Source: an uncultured bacterium
Lineage (GTDB): Bacteria; Chloroflexota; UBA5177; JANWHV01
Direction: 5' to 3'
Assembly: GCA_963729625.1 (NCBI GenBank)
Contig: CAVSOU010000011.1
Span: forward strand, 864,001 to 928,000
Length of the DNA stretch: 64,000 nt
Below are positions 10,901 through 19,516 of this stretch, piece after piece. The notes below the pieces were generated by a model. That model saw nothing but the letters and a program-made list of their open reading frames with translations, was not told the DNA's origin and made no database searches. A program made the translations under genes and the position numbers. How positions within the stretch are numbered: position 1 is the stretch's first letter; the number at the start of each line of letters is the position of its first letter.

Positions 10901-11498
10901 CGTGCTGACGGGATGGCGCGATCAGGGATTGATCAGCTTTACGGTGGGTGGATCTGCTTTGCAGCTGACACTGGCAAATCCCGTGCCGCCCGACGGCACC
11001 CATCGGCTTGACGAGATTCTGGCGACCATGGATCGCGCATCCCAGGCCCGTGCTCGGGCTCTTGCCCGCTATATCGACACTACCACGTGCCGCAATCGGG
11101 TCATCGCCCGGCACTTCGGCGTGCCCGCCGGAGCATCGTGTAGCCGCTGCGACGTCTGCGATCCTACCGGGCGCCGGGCAGCACGCCGTGCACCCCCGCG
11201 GCCGCCGCCGCCGCGCGTGAAGGGGCTGGATACGCGCGAAGCGATCCTCCGGCTGGTGGCAGAGCTACCGTTTGCCGCAGGCAGGACCGGCCTGAGCAGA
11301 ATTCTGGCCGGCGCCGGCAGCAGTCCTATTGAGCCGCAGCGATGCAGGCTGTTCGGCGCCCTTGCCGGGCGGACGCAGGTGTCGATTATTCGGGAAATAG
11401 ACGCCCTCCTGGAGCAAGGCCTGCTTGCCGTCAGCTTCAGGCAGCAGAAGCCGTGCGTCGTGCTCACCGAGGAAGGTTATAGCCGTCTGGCCCGGTGA
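7911..11498 (+). CDS. fusion protein: dual-OB-like domain + TPR-like helical region + RecQ-family helicase (Zn-binding and RQC winged helix, no HRDC)
   Basis: GTG 7911 overlaps the upstream stop (GTGA). N-terminal ITDLTRMQQGRVCVAG...VRP...PPHTED...RSLG; helical repeats; MPTGAGKSLCFQLP, VIDEAHCLSLWGHAFRPDY, TATAT, QEAGRAGRDG; CR...CSRCDVC; GRTGLSRILAG. Confidence 0.88.
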   Translation: MRQRLVITDLTRMQQGRVCVAGYDPGMQCVRPVLPPPGILEYMLGLPGRPLVFPGAEIELELGEPTPQPPHTEDVPFALHSLRFLRRLPEPAWRELLDATESENAEAIFGQPIRQEPGHYVMDGSGPRSLGTLRPRRVLGVRQERRDGTSRYRLGFVDASAATYWLAVTDLAWRYFLNLHETDSGDPEAVARHLTDVLRSRSVYLRLGLARGWEQHPGLCSVQITGVHTFPDYLDGHTFADFAPAIDGDGGSANLLARFNLALLPDDDPPAWSSRLRTGLVTLAAEYGGPNAGIALLEQLFPDGHCAAGLTERDAWARLLVRSGRLSEALSCAEQRRQTRDSYLPRMIMLQAHLAATDLEAATEDARGIEAVAEQQSVAPAIARGYMALARSSPAEAEQSFRDALASRPDHLEALAGLAEALAQADDTAGAAAVLRDAVGICGAEARPALLRRLAEFCPEEHEWAQTELRAAIGGLAERIRANLAEARVAHRSAAARAEAGVPRRDTERTTVVPGADLLAAATVDANELPSEKLAGILYEHFGHSTFRPGQAVVLRSVLSDGKDTLAIMPTGAGKSLCFQLPALVLPGVVLVISPIVALMADQIAGLADVPALAERSCLINSTLTVAELENRYRRLAAGAYSLVYVAPERLRQGRLIHALRRVGVSLLVIDEAHCLSLWGHAFRPDYLAIGRVAELLRRPRILAVTATATPEMQAEIAHTLNRKLAVVNTGVLRDNLFLEVCKVANEREKRSQLLEFVRSARGPGIVYTGSRDRCEQLAAALRRGGERAAFYHAGMPAAERDATQRAFMAGQIRVLVATIAFGLGVNKRDIRFIVHYQPSRSLEAYTQEAGRAGRDGQPAHCVLLATSADKGTLTRRAHEDRVQLDNLRELYRLVRRAVQDSAGGLVDGHALRHAGEEGDQAETTKRVGLSILERAGFLTRGLDVPRDVTIQLLHDPLEQPLKDQAAALQLRLGRPRTLRLDQAASALGTPADTVEPVLTGWRDQGLISFTVGGSALQLTLANPVPPDGTHRLDEILATMDRASQARARALARYIDTTTCRNRVIARHFGVPAGASCSRCDVCDPTGRRAARRAPPRPPPPRVKGLDTREAILRLVAELPFAAGRTGLSRILAGAGSSPIEPQRCRLFGALAGRTQVSIIREIDALLEQGLLAVSFRQQKPCVVLTEEGYSRLAR

Positions 11499-11826
11499 AG
11501 CGGCGGCGGCGCACCCTCCAGCACCAGTCGTGCCTGTACTGTGCCTTGCTCTGCTGGGATGCACGAATAGGGCTGCTGGATGATAGCCCACAGCCTCGCG
11601 CCGCCACGCGTACCAGGAGCCTGCTACAGTAGGATTCATGGGCAGATGCGGGTCAACTCAGCAACGGAGGTCCTGATGCGGCCGGAGTATCTGAGCCATA
11701 TCGATGCGCTGCCGGCTGGGCAGGGATGGCGTGCCTGGGCCAGGCGGCGGCTGCGGTGGCCCGCTCGATGCGCACCGAGCACTGAGCTGACGGTGCGCCG
11801 CGCCAACAGATAGGAAGGAGCAGCCC

Positions 11827-12237
11827 ATGGACCACGAACAGGCCCGGGCGTTCATTCGCGCCAACCACCATGCTGTCCTTGCCACGCGGCGGCTGGACGG
11901 CGGCATCCAGATGTCGCCGGTTCTGGCGGGCGTTGATGGTGCGGGACAGGTGATCATCAGCACGCGCGAAACCGCCGTCAAGACCCGCCATCTGCGCCGT
12001 GACCCCCGCGCCTCGCTCTGCGTGCAGAACGACGCCTTCTTCGGGCAGTGGGTCCAGATCGACGGTGCGGCGGAGGTCCTCTCCCTGCCCGAAGCCCTCG
12101 AACCACTGGTCGACTACTACCGGCGGGTGATAGGCGAGCACGCCGACTGGGACGACTATCGCGCCGCCATGGGTCGCGAGCGACGGGTGCTGCTTCGCAT
12201 CACGATCGGGCATGCCGGACCGGACCAGCACGGCTAA
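11827..12237 (+). CDS. PPOX-class F420-dependent oxidoreductase
   Basis: AVLATRRLDGGIQMSPV, KTRHLRRDPRASL, EHADWDDYRAAM. RBS AGGAG. Confidence 0.9.
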   Translation: MDHEQARAFIRANHHAVLATRRLDGGIQMSPVLAGVDGAGQVIISTRETAVKTRHLRRDPRASLCVQNDAFFGQWVQIDGAAEVLSLPEALEPLVDYYRRVIGEHADWDDYRAAMGRERRVLLRITIGHAGPDQHG

Positions 12238-12471
12238 CTGAGACCTGGTCATAAACAATAAGAGTGGACGAGGCTCCTTCATGCGGCGAGGAGAAACGGC
12301 TTGAGGCCGACCGCTGGAATGTCCGCCATGGATCGCGGACAGCGACTGGCCTCGTAGCGCCGGGTTGTCTGAGCCGCTCTTCGGGTCGCTCCGCGCCGTT
12401 TGTCTAATCTGACGGCACGATCGTACGATGGCAGGTAGTGTCGCTCAGGTCACGGTCAAGAAACAGCTGCT

Positions 12472-12852
12472 ATGAACTCGGCTGCCGACGAACAGGCCCA
12501 AACGGTTCCTACCACGCCTACCGTATCCGGCGGCGAAGGATATAGTGTTCCCTGCCGGCCCAACCCGTATTGCCTGGCCGCGGCGGACATCCTGGTCGAA
12601 GAGGGGGTGTGTGCTGACCGGAGCGCGGCCATCGCCTGGCTCAGTGAGGCGGGCCTCGTCTCGCATCGCTCGCTGTTCTTCCGCGCCATAGACCGCGTCA
12701 AGGCCGCCCACGGGACCGGAACGGCCAGGGACATCGGCGGCCTCGAGGATCAGACGGCGGAGCACTGCAGCTCCCACCTGCACGAAGGCAAGCGGGAATC
12801 GTTCTTCCACGCGGTATGCCGCATCCTTTTCACACGTCCGCCGACGGGTTGA
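12472..12852 (+). CDS. hypothetical protein (possible ribbon-helix-helix-like segment)
   Basis: Plausible ORF containing DILVEEGVCADRSAAIAWLSEAG, reminiscent of CopG/RHH-type helices. Weak. Confidence 0.45.
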   Translation: MNSAADEQAQTVPTTPTVSGGEGYSVPCRPNPYCLAAADILVEEGVCADRSAAIAWLSEAGLVSHRSLFFRAIDRVKAAHGTGTARDIGGLEDQTAEHCSSHLHEGKRESFFHAVCRILFTRPPTG

Positions 12853-12917
12853 CGGGCACGCGCTTCCGCTGGCGCTGGCATGCATGGGGTCGCCCCTGGT
12901 CCCACCTGCCCTCCTCC

Positions 12918-13732
12918 ATGTTGGTGGCGGAAGGCAGGCTGTCACCGTTACTGAAAGCAGCCGCTCCCTGTGGTGGACCGGCACTTGTTGCACGCAGGTC
13001 AGCCTGTGCGGAAAGTGAATGGGCGGTAGCCGCCGCTGGCCTCGGCGCTCGGGGGCCTCAGTCGGTCACACCTGGACCCGGGCGCTGGGAGCACCCGGCC
13101 TGCGGACGGTGGCGGGCAGGCTTGGCATCGCCCGGCACGTCGATCGCCTGGCGACGCGTCTCCAGTCGATGCGACCTGCTGGCATCATGGTCTGCCGCCT
13201 GATCCCCGGTCTGCGTGTCACCACCACGTTGGTGGCCGGCGCGGTGCCTGTTGAGCGAAGAACCTTCCTGCTCGGCGTGGTGCCGGCCATCGCGATCTGG
13301 GTGCTGCTCGGCACGACCCTGGGTGTGCTCGCAGGCGTCCCGGTCGCGCACTTCCTCAGCACGCTGGATCGCTACGCGCTGCAAGGCGCCGCTCTCCTCT
13401 GCGTGGGCGCTGTTGGCTACCTGGCCGCACGCCACGTACCGGCCCTTCGCGGTACCGATGACGGCCTTCTCGCAGCGCCGTGGCGGGTGGCGCTGGCCGT
13501 GGCGTTCGATGTCGGCACTGTGACATGCATCATCGCGGGACTGGACATCCTGGCGCGAGCGGTGCTGCGGACCGGAGCGATCGACGATTGGGAGGATGCC
13601 GCCACGACAGCCGCCCTCACCGTGCTTGCCTACCTGGTGGTCGCCAGGGGAGGCGTGGACTCAGGCAGGGAGGCACTCTTCCGTGCGACGTATCGCGCGC
13701 GCCGTTGGCCACGTCGCGGCAGTCTGGCATAG
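12918..13732 (+). pseudogene. DedA/VTT-family membrane protein, 5' part disrupted
   Basis: GASVGHTW, CRLIPGLRVTTTLVAG and several TM helices in the 13019 frame. An upstream LVAEGRLSP piece lies in another frame, and no intact DedA N-terminus is seen. Confidence 0.65.
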
Positions 13733-13869
13733 GTGGTTCGACCTGGCTGACGCGGGGGATGTGTCACTTCCCGAGTCCCACAACGCCATAATCCCGCAGC
13801 GTTCCGATCATAGGCCTCTCATCATGCTCGCCTGTGCTTGAACGTGTAACCTCAGGACAGGTGGCAGGC

Positions 13870-14208
13870 TCATCGCGCTGCTCCACTCGCGAGGACACCA
13901 GCAGCGACGAACGACAGCACCAGGAACGCGACTATCAGCCAGAGCGCGTCGAGCAGCCCGAATGATTGCGACAACAACCCGACGGCAGGCGGAGCGGTAA
14001 GGTTCGCAACATATCCGATAGAGGCGACAACACTGACCTGGGCCGCGGGGTCCGGCCCACTCTCTGCCGCGGTACTCATGCCGAGTGGAAACCCCAGCGA
14101 CACGCCCACGGCCCAGAGGACCGTCCCGGCAAGGACGAGCCAGGCCGGTGAGCCGACGATGAACAGGAGCATGCCGATCACGCCCAGCGCTATCGTGAGC
14201 CGCACCAC
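13870..14208 (-). pseudogene. MFS transporter C-terminal fragment
   Basis: LWAVGVSLGFPLGMSTAA...VSVVASIGY..PPAVG: the last 4 TM helices of an MFS. The 5' ~300 codons are absent. Confidence 0.8.
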
Positions 14209-16830
14209 TGCTCGGCACCGCCACGTCCTATGTCATGGAGCAGCTAGGCAATGGCAGCAGCCGGCAGACGCGCATCGACCCAGGCGGGGCGCGCACGGTG
14301 ATCACCGATGGGCTCGACGGCTCGCAGACCGCCCTCTATCCGGACGGCATCAAGCTGGTTGTGCAGCAAGCTCCCGATCCACGCTGGGGCATGGAGACGC
14401 CGATGGCCGCCAGCATCACCGCGACCACGCCGGGTGGCAAGGTCACGACCGTCACCAACACCCGGTCTGCCTTGTTGAACACAGCCGGTGATCCACTCAG
14501 TCTCTACACGCTCACGGTGACCAGCGCACTCATTAACGGCGCCGCCACGACCACGACCTATACCGCGTCATCGCGCACCATCGCCATTTCGACGGCAGCA
14601 GGGCGCAGTTCGACCAGCGTGCTCGATAGCCTTGGACGGGTGGTCTCCTGGCAGGCGGCGCCCGGCGTAATCCCGATCACCTACACGTACGATGCGCTGG
14701 ACCGGCTGATCAAAGCGCAGGAAGGAGGCCAATTCGAGACCTACACCTACGATGCCGCGAAGAATCTCGCCACCCGTACCAACGCGACGGGTCAGGCATG
14801 GACGTACGGGTATGATGCCGATGGCAACGTCACGACGCTCACGCTGCCAAAGGGCGAGATCTACAGGCTGGGCTACGACGCGGACGGGAACCAGACAAGC
14901 ATTACCATGCCGAACGGCTCCATCCATAGCCTGCAGTACACTGCGCTTGACGACCCCGCCCGGCAGCGCGGCCGGATTCGCGCACACCTATGATGCGGAG
15001 CTGCGGCTGGCCATGTCCACACTGCCGGATGGCCGTGTCAGCACTCGAAGCTACAATGCCGCAGACCGGCCAAGCACGCTCCAGTACCCTGAGGCGACGA
15101 TCAGCTACGGCTACGCGGCGAACAACACCACCGACCCATTGAGCACACTGTTGCGCACGCCGACCTCGATCGGGGCGGCAGAGACGGTGGGCTTCACCTA
15201 CGATGGGTCGCTGGTGACGGGCAGTGCCCTCAGCGGCGCCGCGGCCGGCCAGTTCAGCTACGGCTATGACACGAGCCTCTTGCTCAACGGCATCTCCCTG
15301 CAGAGTGGCAGCGATTCGGTCAGCATCCCGGTGGGCCGCGACGCGGACGGCCTGGTGACCACGTTCGGGCCGCTGAGCCTGGCGCGGAATGGCCCGCTGG
15401 GTCAGCAAAGCAGCGTCAGCGACGGCACCGCGATGCGCATAAGCGAGACGTACGACGGGCTGGGCGAGGTGGCGAGCCGGGCGCAAAGTGTGCAGGGCAC
15501 GGCCGTCCTGACCGATGCCTACAGCTACGATGCCGTGGGCCGCATCGGCCAGGTCGCGGATCAGGCAGGCGGTGTCTCCCATACCTACACCTACGCGTAC
15601 GACGCGGACGGGCAATTGATAACAGTCAACGAGGATGGCGCCACGATCGAACAGTACAGCTACGATGCGAATGGCAACCGCATGAGCAAGACGCTGGGCG
15701 GCGCGGCGCCTGAGACGGCGACGTATGACGCGCGCGACCGATTGCAGATGCGTGGCAGCACGGCCTACGCCTTCGACGCCTCCGGCTTCATGACCGGACG
15801 TGGGGCTGACACGTTTGACTACAGTGCCCGTGGCGAGTTGCTGCAAGCGACCGTGGGCGGCAATACGGTGACGTACAGCTACGACGGGCTGGGTCGTCGG
15901 GTGAGCCGCACCGACAGCGGCGGCACGACCCAGTGCCTCTATGGAGATCCAGGGAATCCCCTCCAGGTGAGCGCGGTACGCGACCCAGCGGGTGCCCTCA
16001 CTGTCCTCTACTACGACGCGGCCGGGGCACTGACGGCGTTCGACAGCGGCGGCAGCCGGTATTACGTGGCAACGGATGCCGTGGGTACGCCACGGGTGGT
16101 GACCGACGCCACGGGGACGGTGGTGAAGGCGCTCACGTACAGCAGCTATGGCGAGGTGCTGAGCGACAGCGCGCCGAGCTTTGCCCTCCCAATCGGCTTC
16201 GGGGGTGGGCTTACGGACCCGGTGACCGGGCTGGTGCATTTCGGGGCCAGGGACTACGATCCGGCGGCGGGACGCTGGACGGCGATCGACCCCGCGCTCT
16301 ATGACGGCGCGCAGGGGAACCTCTACGCCTATGCCACCAGCGACCCGGTCGATTTCCGCGACCCCACCGGCCTGTTCTGCGTGGGCGCCTCCGCCTACGA
16401 CGGGATCGGCGGTGGCGCACAGTTCTGCGTCGACGACAAAGGCTTCTCCATCTGCGCCGAGGCCGGCTTTGGCTTCGGGGAATCGTTCGAGGCCAATCCC
16501 CTTGGTGGCATGGCCGACAACGGAGTCTCGGCGATAGGGGAGCTGCAATTCAACTACGGTCTGGGCAGCGTCAGCACTGCAGTGACGCTTACACCCTGTG
16601 GAGATGGGCCTGTAGGGCCACAGCAGTTCAAGTTACAGGGAGATTCGAAGGTCACTGCGCTCGGCCTGGGACCTGAGGGCTCAGTTAACCTTGATGGCAA
16701 CGGGAACGTGCAAAGCAGCGGCGACTTCTCGCCGAATAAGTTTGACTTAGGCTCCGTGGGGGAGATGGGATTCGAGGGGAAGATTGCCGCCCAGGCCTGC
16801 AGCAATCTGCCCTGGGGCTATCTCAACTAG
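14208..16830 (+). pseudogene. RHS/YD-repeat protein, 5'-truncated and frameshifted near 14950, with RHS core and C-terminal extension
   Basis: YD repeats (YTYDALDRL, YGYDADGN, YSYDANGNR), core end TGLVHFGARDYDPAAGRWTAIDP...NLYAYATSDPVDFRDPTGL. Split over ORFs 14235-14993 and 14752-16830. Confidence 0.88.
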
Positions 16831-16906
16831 CGTGCCCGCATGTACCGGCCTGCTGGCCCGCAGGCGCCGGTTTCACCGGCGCATGGCGAGTCGAAGGGAG
16901 CATGGC

Positions 16907-17395
16907 GTGCCCGAGTACGACTCCTTCTTGCTACGTGTGTGGCGCAGCAGGCGACGCGATGGCTGGGAGTGGGTACTGAGATTGGAGCACCTACAGGGAG
17001 AGGAACGGCAAGAGTTTGATAACCCGGAAGCGCTGGTAGAGGCGCTTTGGGCGCTGGTGGAGGCGCAGTCCGCCTCGAAGGCCGAGCCGTCGCACATCGG
17101 CAGTGCCGGCGAGGTCAGCGTAGCGGAGTCCGCTGAATCTGAGATGCAGAGGGGCCAGTCAACCGGACCCCAGGTCATCTGGTCCGCCAGGGTGCTGTGC
17201 GCGACTTGCTCAGCGGTCAGACGTGTTCTCCACTGTGCTCCGCTGAAGGGCCGCGCTAGAAGTCGCCGACTACCACCCGGGCGGACGACATGCTGCGTGT
17301 CCGCCGCGGCAAAGGGACCAAGACGCGATCCGGGCGGCTGTCTTCGGCGCGGTGCTCGACGTCCTGTACCAGTTGGAGCCTACAGCATTTCGTGA
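16907..17395 (+). CDS. small hypothetical protein (SFLLRVW...W..RLEH...ER..F family)
   Basis: GTG after GAAGGGAG. The ~50-aa N-terminal motif resembles a small-protein family I recall from Chloroflexota; the C-terminal part looks non-conserved. Confidence 0.55.
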   Translation: MPEYDSFLLRVWRSRRRDGWEWVLRLEHLQGEERQEFDNPEALVEALWALVEAQSASKAEPSHIGSAGEVSVAESAESEMQRGQSTGPQVIWSARVLCATCSAVRRVLHCAPLKGRARSRRLPPGRTTCCVSAAAKGPRRDPGGCLRRGARRPVPVGAYSIS

Positions 17396-17629
17396 CTCTC
17401 CACTGACCCGGCGTAACTCCCTACTCGCCGCGCACGTCAACGCGGAACAACGCAGTCTTCACGACCGAGTCGCCTTGGTTGATTCCGCGTACCCTTACAG
17501 TTGTGCGGCTGGGGACGTTCAGGCTCTGCAACCGGAAGGTGCGCCGGTCAGGCCCGCACTCTCGAGCCAGGTCCTTGCCATTTGGCGCGCGTGGTCGCGT
17601 TTATCGGCGTGCGATACGGAGGGCGGACA

Positions 17630-18597
17630 ATGCGTCTCGGACGTCATGCGACACGCGTCTCGCGTCTGGTTCTTGCTGCCTGCGTCATCTCCACAGGAGG
17701 GGCGGTTCTGGGCGCTGGCGCCGGTGCGCGCGTCAGCGCGGCGAAGGACTCAGGCTCGAATGTGCAGATCGAGTACAAAGGGAACTTCGTCAGTACCGGA
17801 ATCTCACAAGTCAATCAGGGACAGGTGATCAAGAGGGTCAGCGCGGTTCAGTGGGACTTTGTCTGGTCAGGTACGGTCGACCAGCTGTTCTATCCGATCA
17901 AGTATGGCTTGCCTTCGGGGAACGTGCTTGTGCCGCGCTTGCTGACGGGTTCGACCATCGTCGCCTATCCCCCGAATGAGCCTGGAAGCTGCACGGGCGC
18001 ACTGTCGCTGCGCAAGTTCGCACAGGCATCGAACGGTGCGGCGAGCATACCTACCGCGCTTGCTCTGAACGGCGTCCCGGATGTCGACCGATCCAAGATT
18101 GACCTGGGGTTCGTCATCCCGGAATCGGGTCTTATCCTGCAATCCAGCGGCACAGGGGATTGCTCAGCCGGTTCCTACAGCTCCGGCGCAGCGGACAGCC
18201 TGAACATCAAACGGCCACAACCGGTGTTCAGCCTGACGAACCTCGGGGTCACGCAGACTAAGAGCTACAACGGCACCGAAAGGACCGCGACCTCCGGCGA
18301 GGTCGACACGACCACCATACGATCGACCGTTATGTTTGGCGGCGCGGCCTGCACCGGCTCGTCGTCTGCCGGAGGCTCGAGTGGGCTGGCCGCGCTCTTC
18401 GGCTGCTATGTGGCACTTGGCGATTCCTACTCGGCAGGTCAGACCCCATCTTCGCCGGGCACGACGTCTGCTCTGCCTCGAGCTACTTCTTCCCGCTGGA
18501 TGCTGTGACCTACGCCGAGACGCTTCACCCGAACGCCGAAGGGCACGCACAGCTGGCGTCGCTCCTGCGGCGTGCTGCCGGCCCACCTCCCGACTGA
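17630..18597 (+). pseudogene. secreted protein with internally deleted SGNH/GDSL hydrolase domain
   Basis: Signal peptide. Block I YVALGDSYSAG is followed immediately, in another frame, by FAGHDVC...ETLHPNAEGHAQLA (block V), ending TGA 18595-18597. Confidence 0.75.
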
Positions 18598-19294
18598 CAC
18601 ATGTCTCTGTCGGCGCGTGTTTCACGGCAAGCAAAGCATGTTCTCGTCTCAAGGCTGGCCGCGGGGTCGACAGAAGACTTGAGCGCCCGATCCTCAATTA
18701 TCGAGAGCCGTAATCGCCACCGCCTTTACAGACGCGACTCATGGATCTCGGAAGCCCACGGACTGCACGGAATTGCAGTACCAGGCTCAGTGAGGTGCAG
18801 CGGCAGCGCAGTCATGCCGTATGGCCGTTTCGTCCGTCTGCTCGCCGCTGCAGCGTCCGCAAGAAGCGCGGCACTGGTCACTTGTCTGGGAGCGGGACCC
18901 ACTCCTTCTGCTCGGTGTGTGCTTACCGGCATGGGCCCTACACTGGTACTTACCATGGGCCCAATTGCGGCGTGAGGAGTCAGGAGCGCCCGGAAGCATC
19001 ACCGCTCGCCGTAGCGGGGCGGGCAGGGCAGAGCGATATGACGGGCCAATGTCGAAGACCGCGGCGAATTGAGGCGCAGACGACGAGGACGGCGGATGCT
19101 GCTGCCTCGACACCGCTCAGGCGACCTGGCGAAGCCTTCGTGCGCGGCACCAATCAAGTGATAAACCAACCGGAAAGTGGCGCACAAACGCGAAGGAACC
19201 CCGAACTGTTACGTTATGCGGCAACGTGCTAGCGTAGAGTCTGGTCGTGCAGCGTGTATGACTGCCGGAAGCGCTCAATCAGCGGGGCGGCAGC

Positions 19295-19369
19295 CACCGC
19301 GTCACCAACATCTACCGCCGTGAGGGTGGGGAGTGGAAGATTGTTCATCACCACGCCGATGCCTCGGCG
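19295..19369 (+). pseudogene. SnoaL/NTF2-like protein C-terminal remnant
   Basis: Translates as HRVTNIYRREGGEWKIVHHHAD. No start or N-terminal part is seen. Confidence 0.6.
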
Positions 19370-19490
19370 GACGAGGAGTTGGCAGCGGTCCAGCTGCGCC
19401 CCCATGTCTTCCATGGTGAGTGGAACTACACCATCAGTCCTGCTGCAAGCGTGGCATGATTGTCCACTTTATCCTTTGACAGATCATAAG
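19370..19490 (+). mobile_element. ISAzo13-family IS right-end remnant
   Basis: DEELAAVQLRPHVFHGEWNYTISP matches the ISAzo13 transposase C-terminus. It is followed ~30 bp later by TTTGACAGATCATAAG, a candidate terminal IR. Confidence 0.65.
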
Positions 19491-19516
19491 TCCCCAAGAC
19501 AACTCGTGAACGGGGT

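Noticed and set aside
14902-16548. 548-aa minus-strand ORF and similar long antisense ORFs (e.g. 7443-8621, 10164-11114, 5601-6623)
   Set aside because: Shadow ORFs opposite clear genes, expected in high-GC DNA; no motifs.
16907-17395. RHS immunity protein
   Set aside because: The position fits, but the sequence resembles a generic small-protein family and is not coupled to the RHS stop; not supportable.
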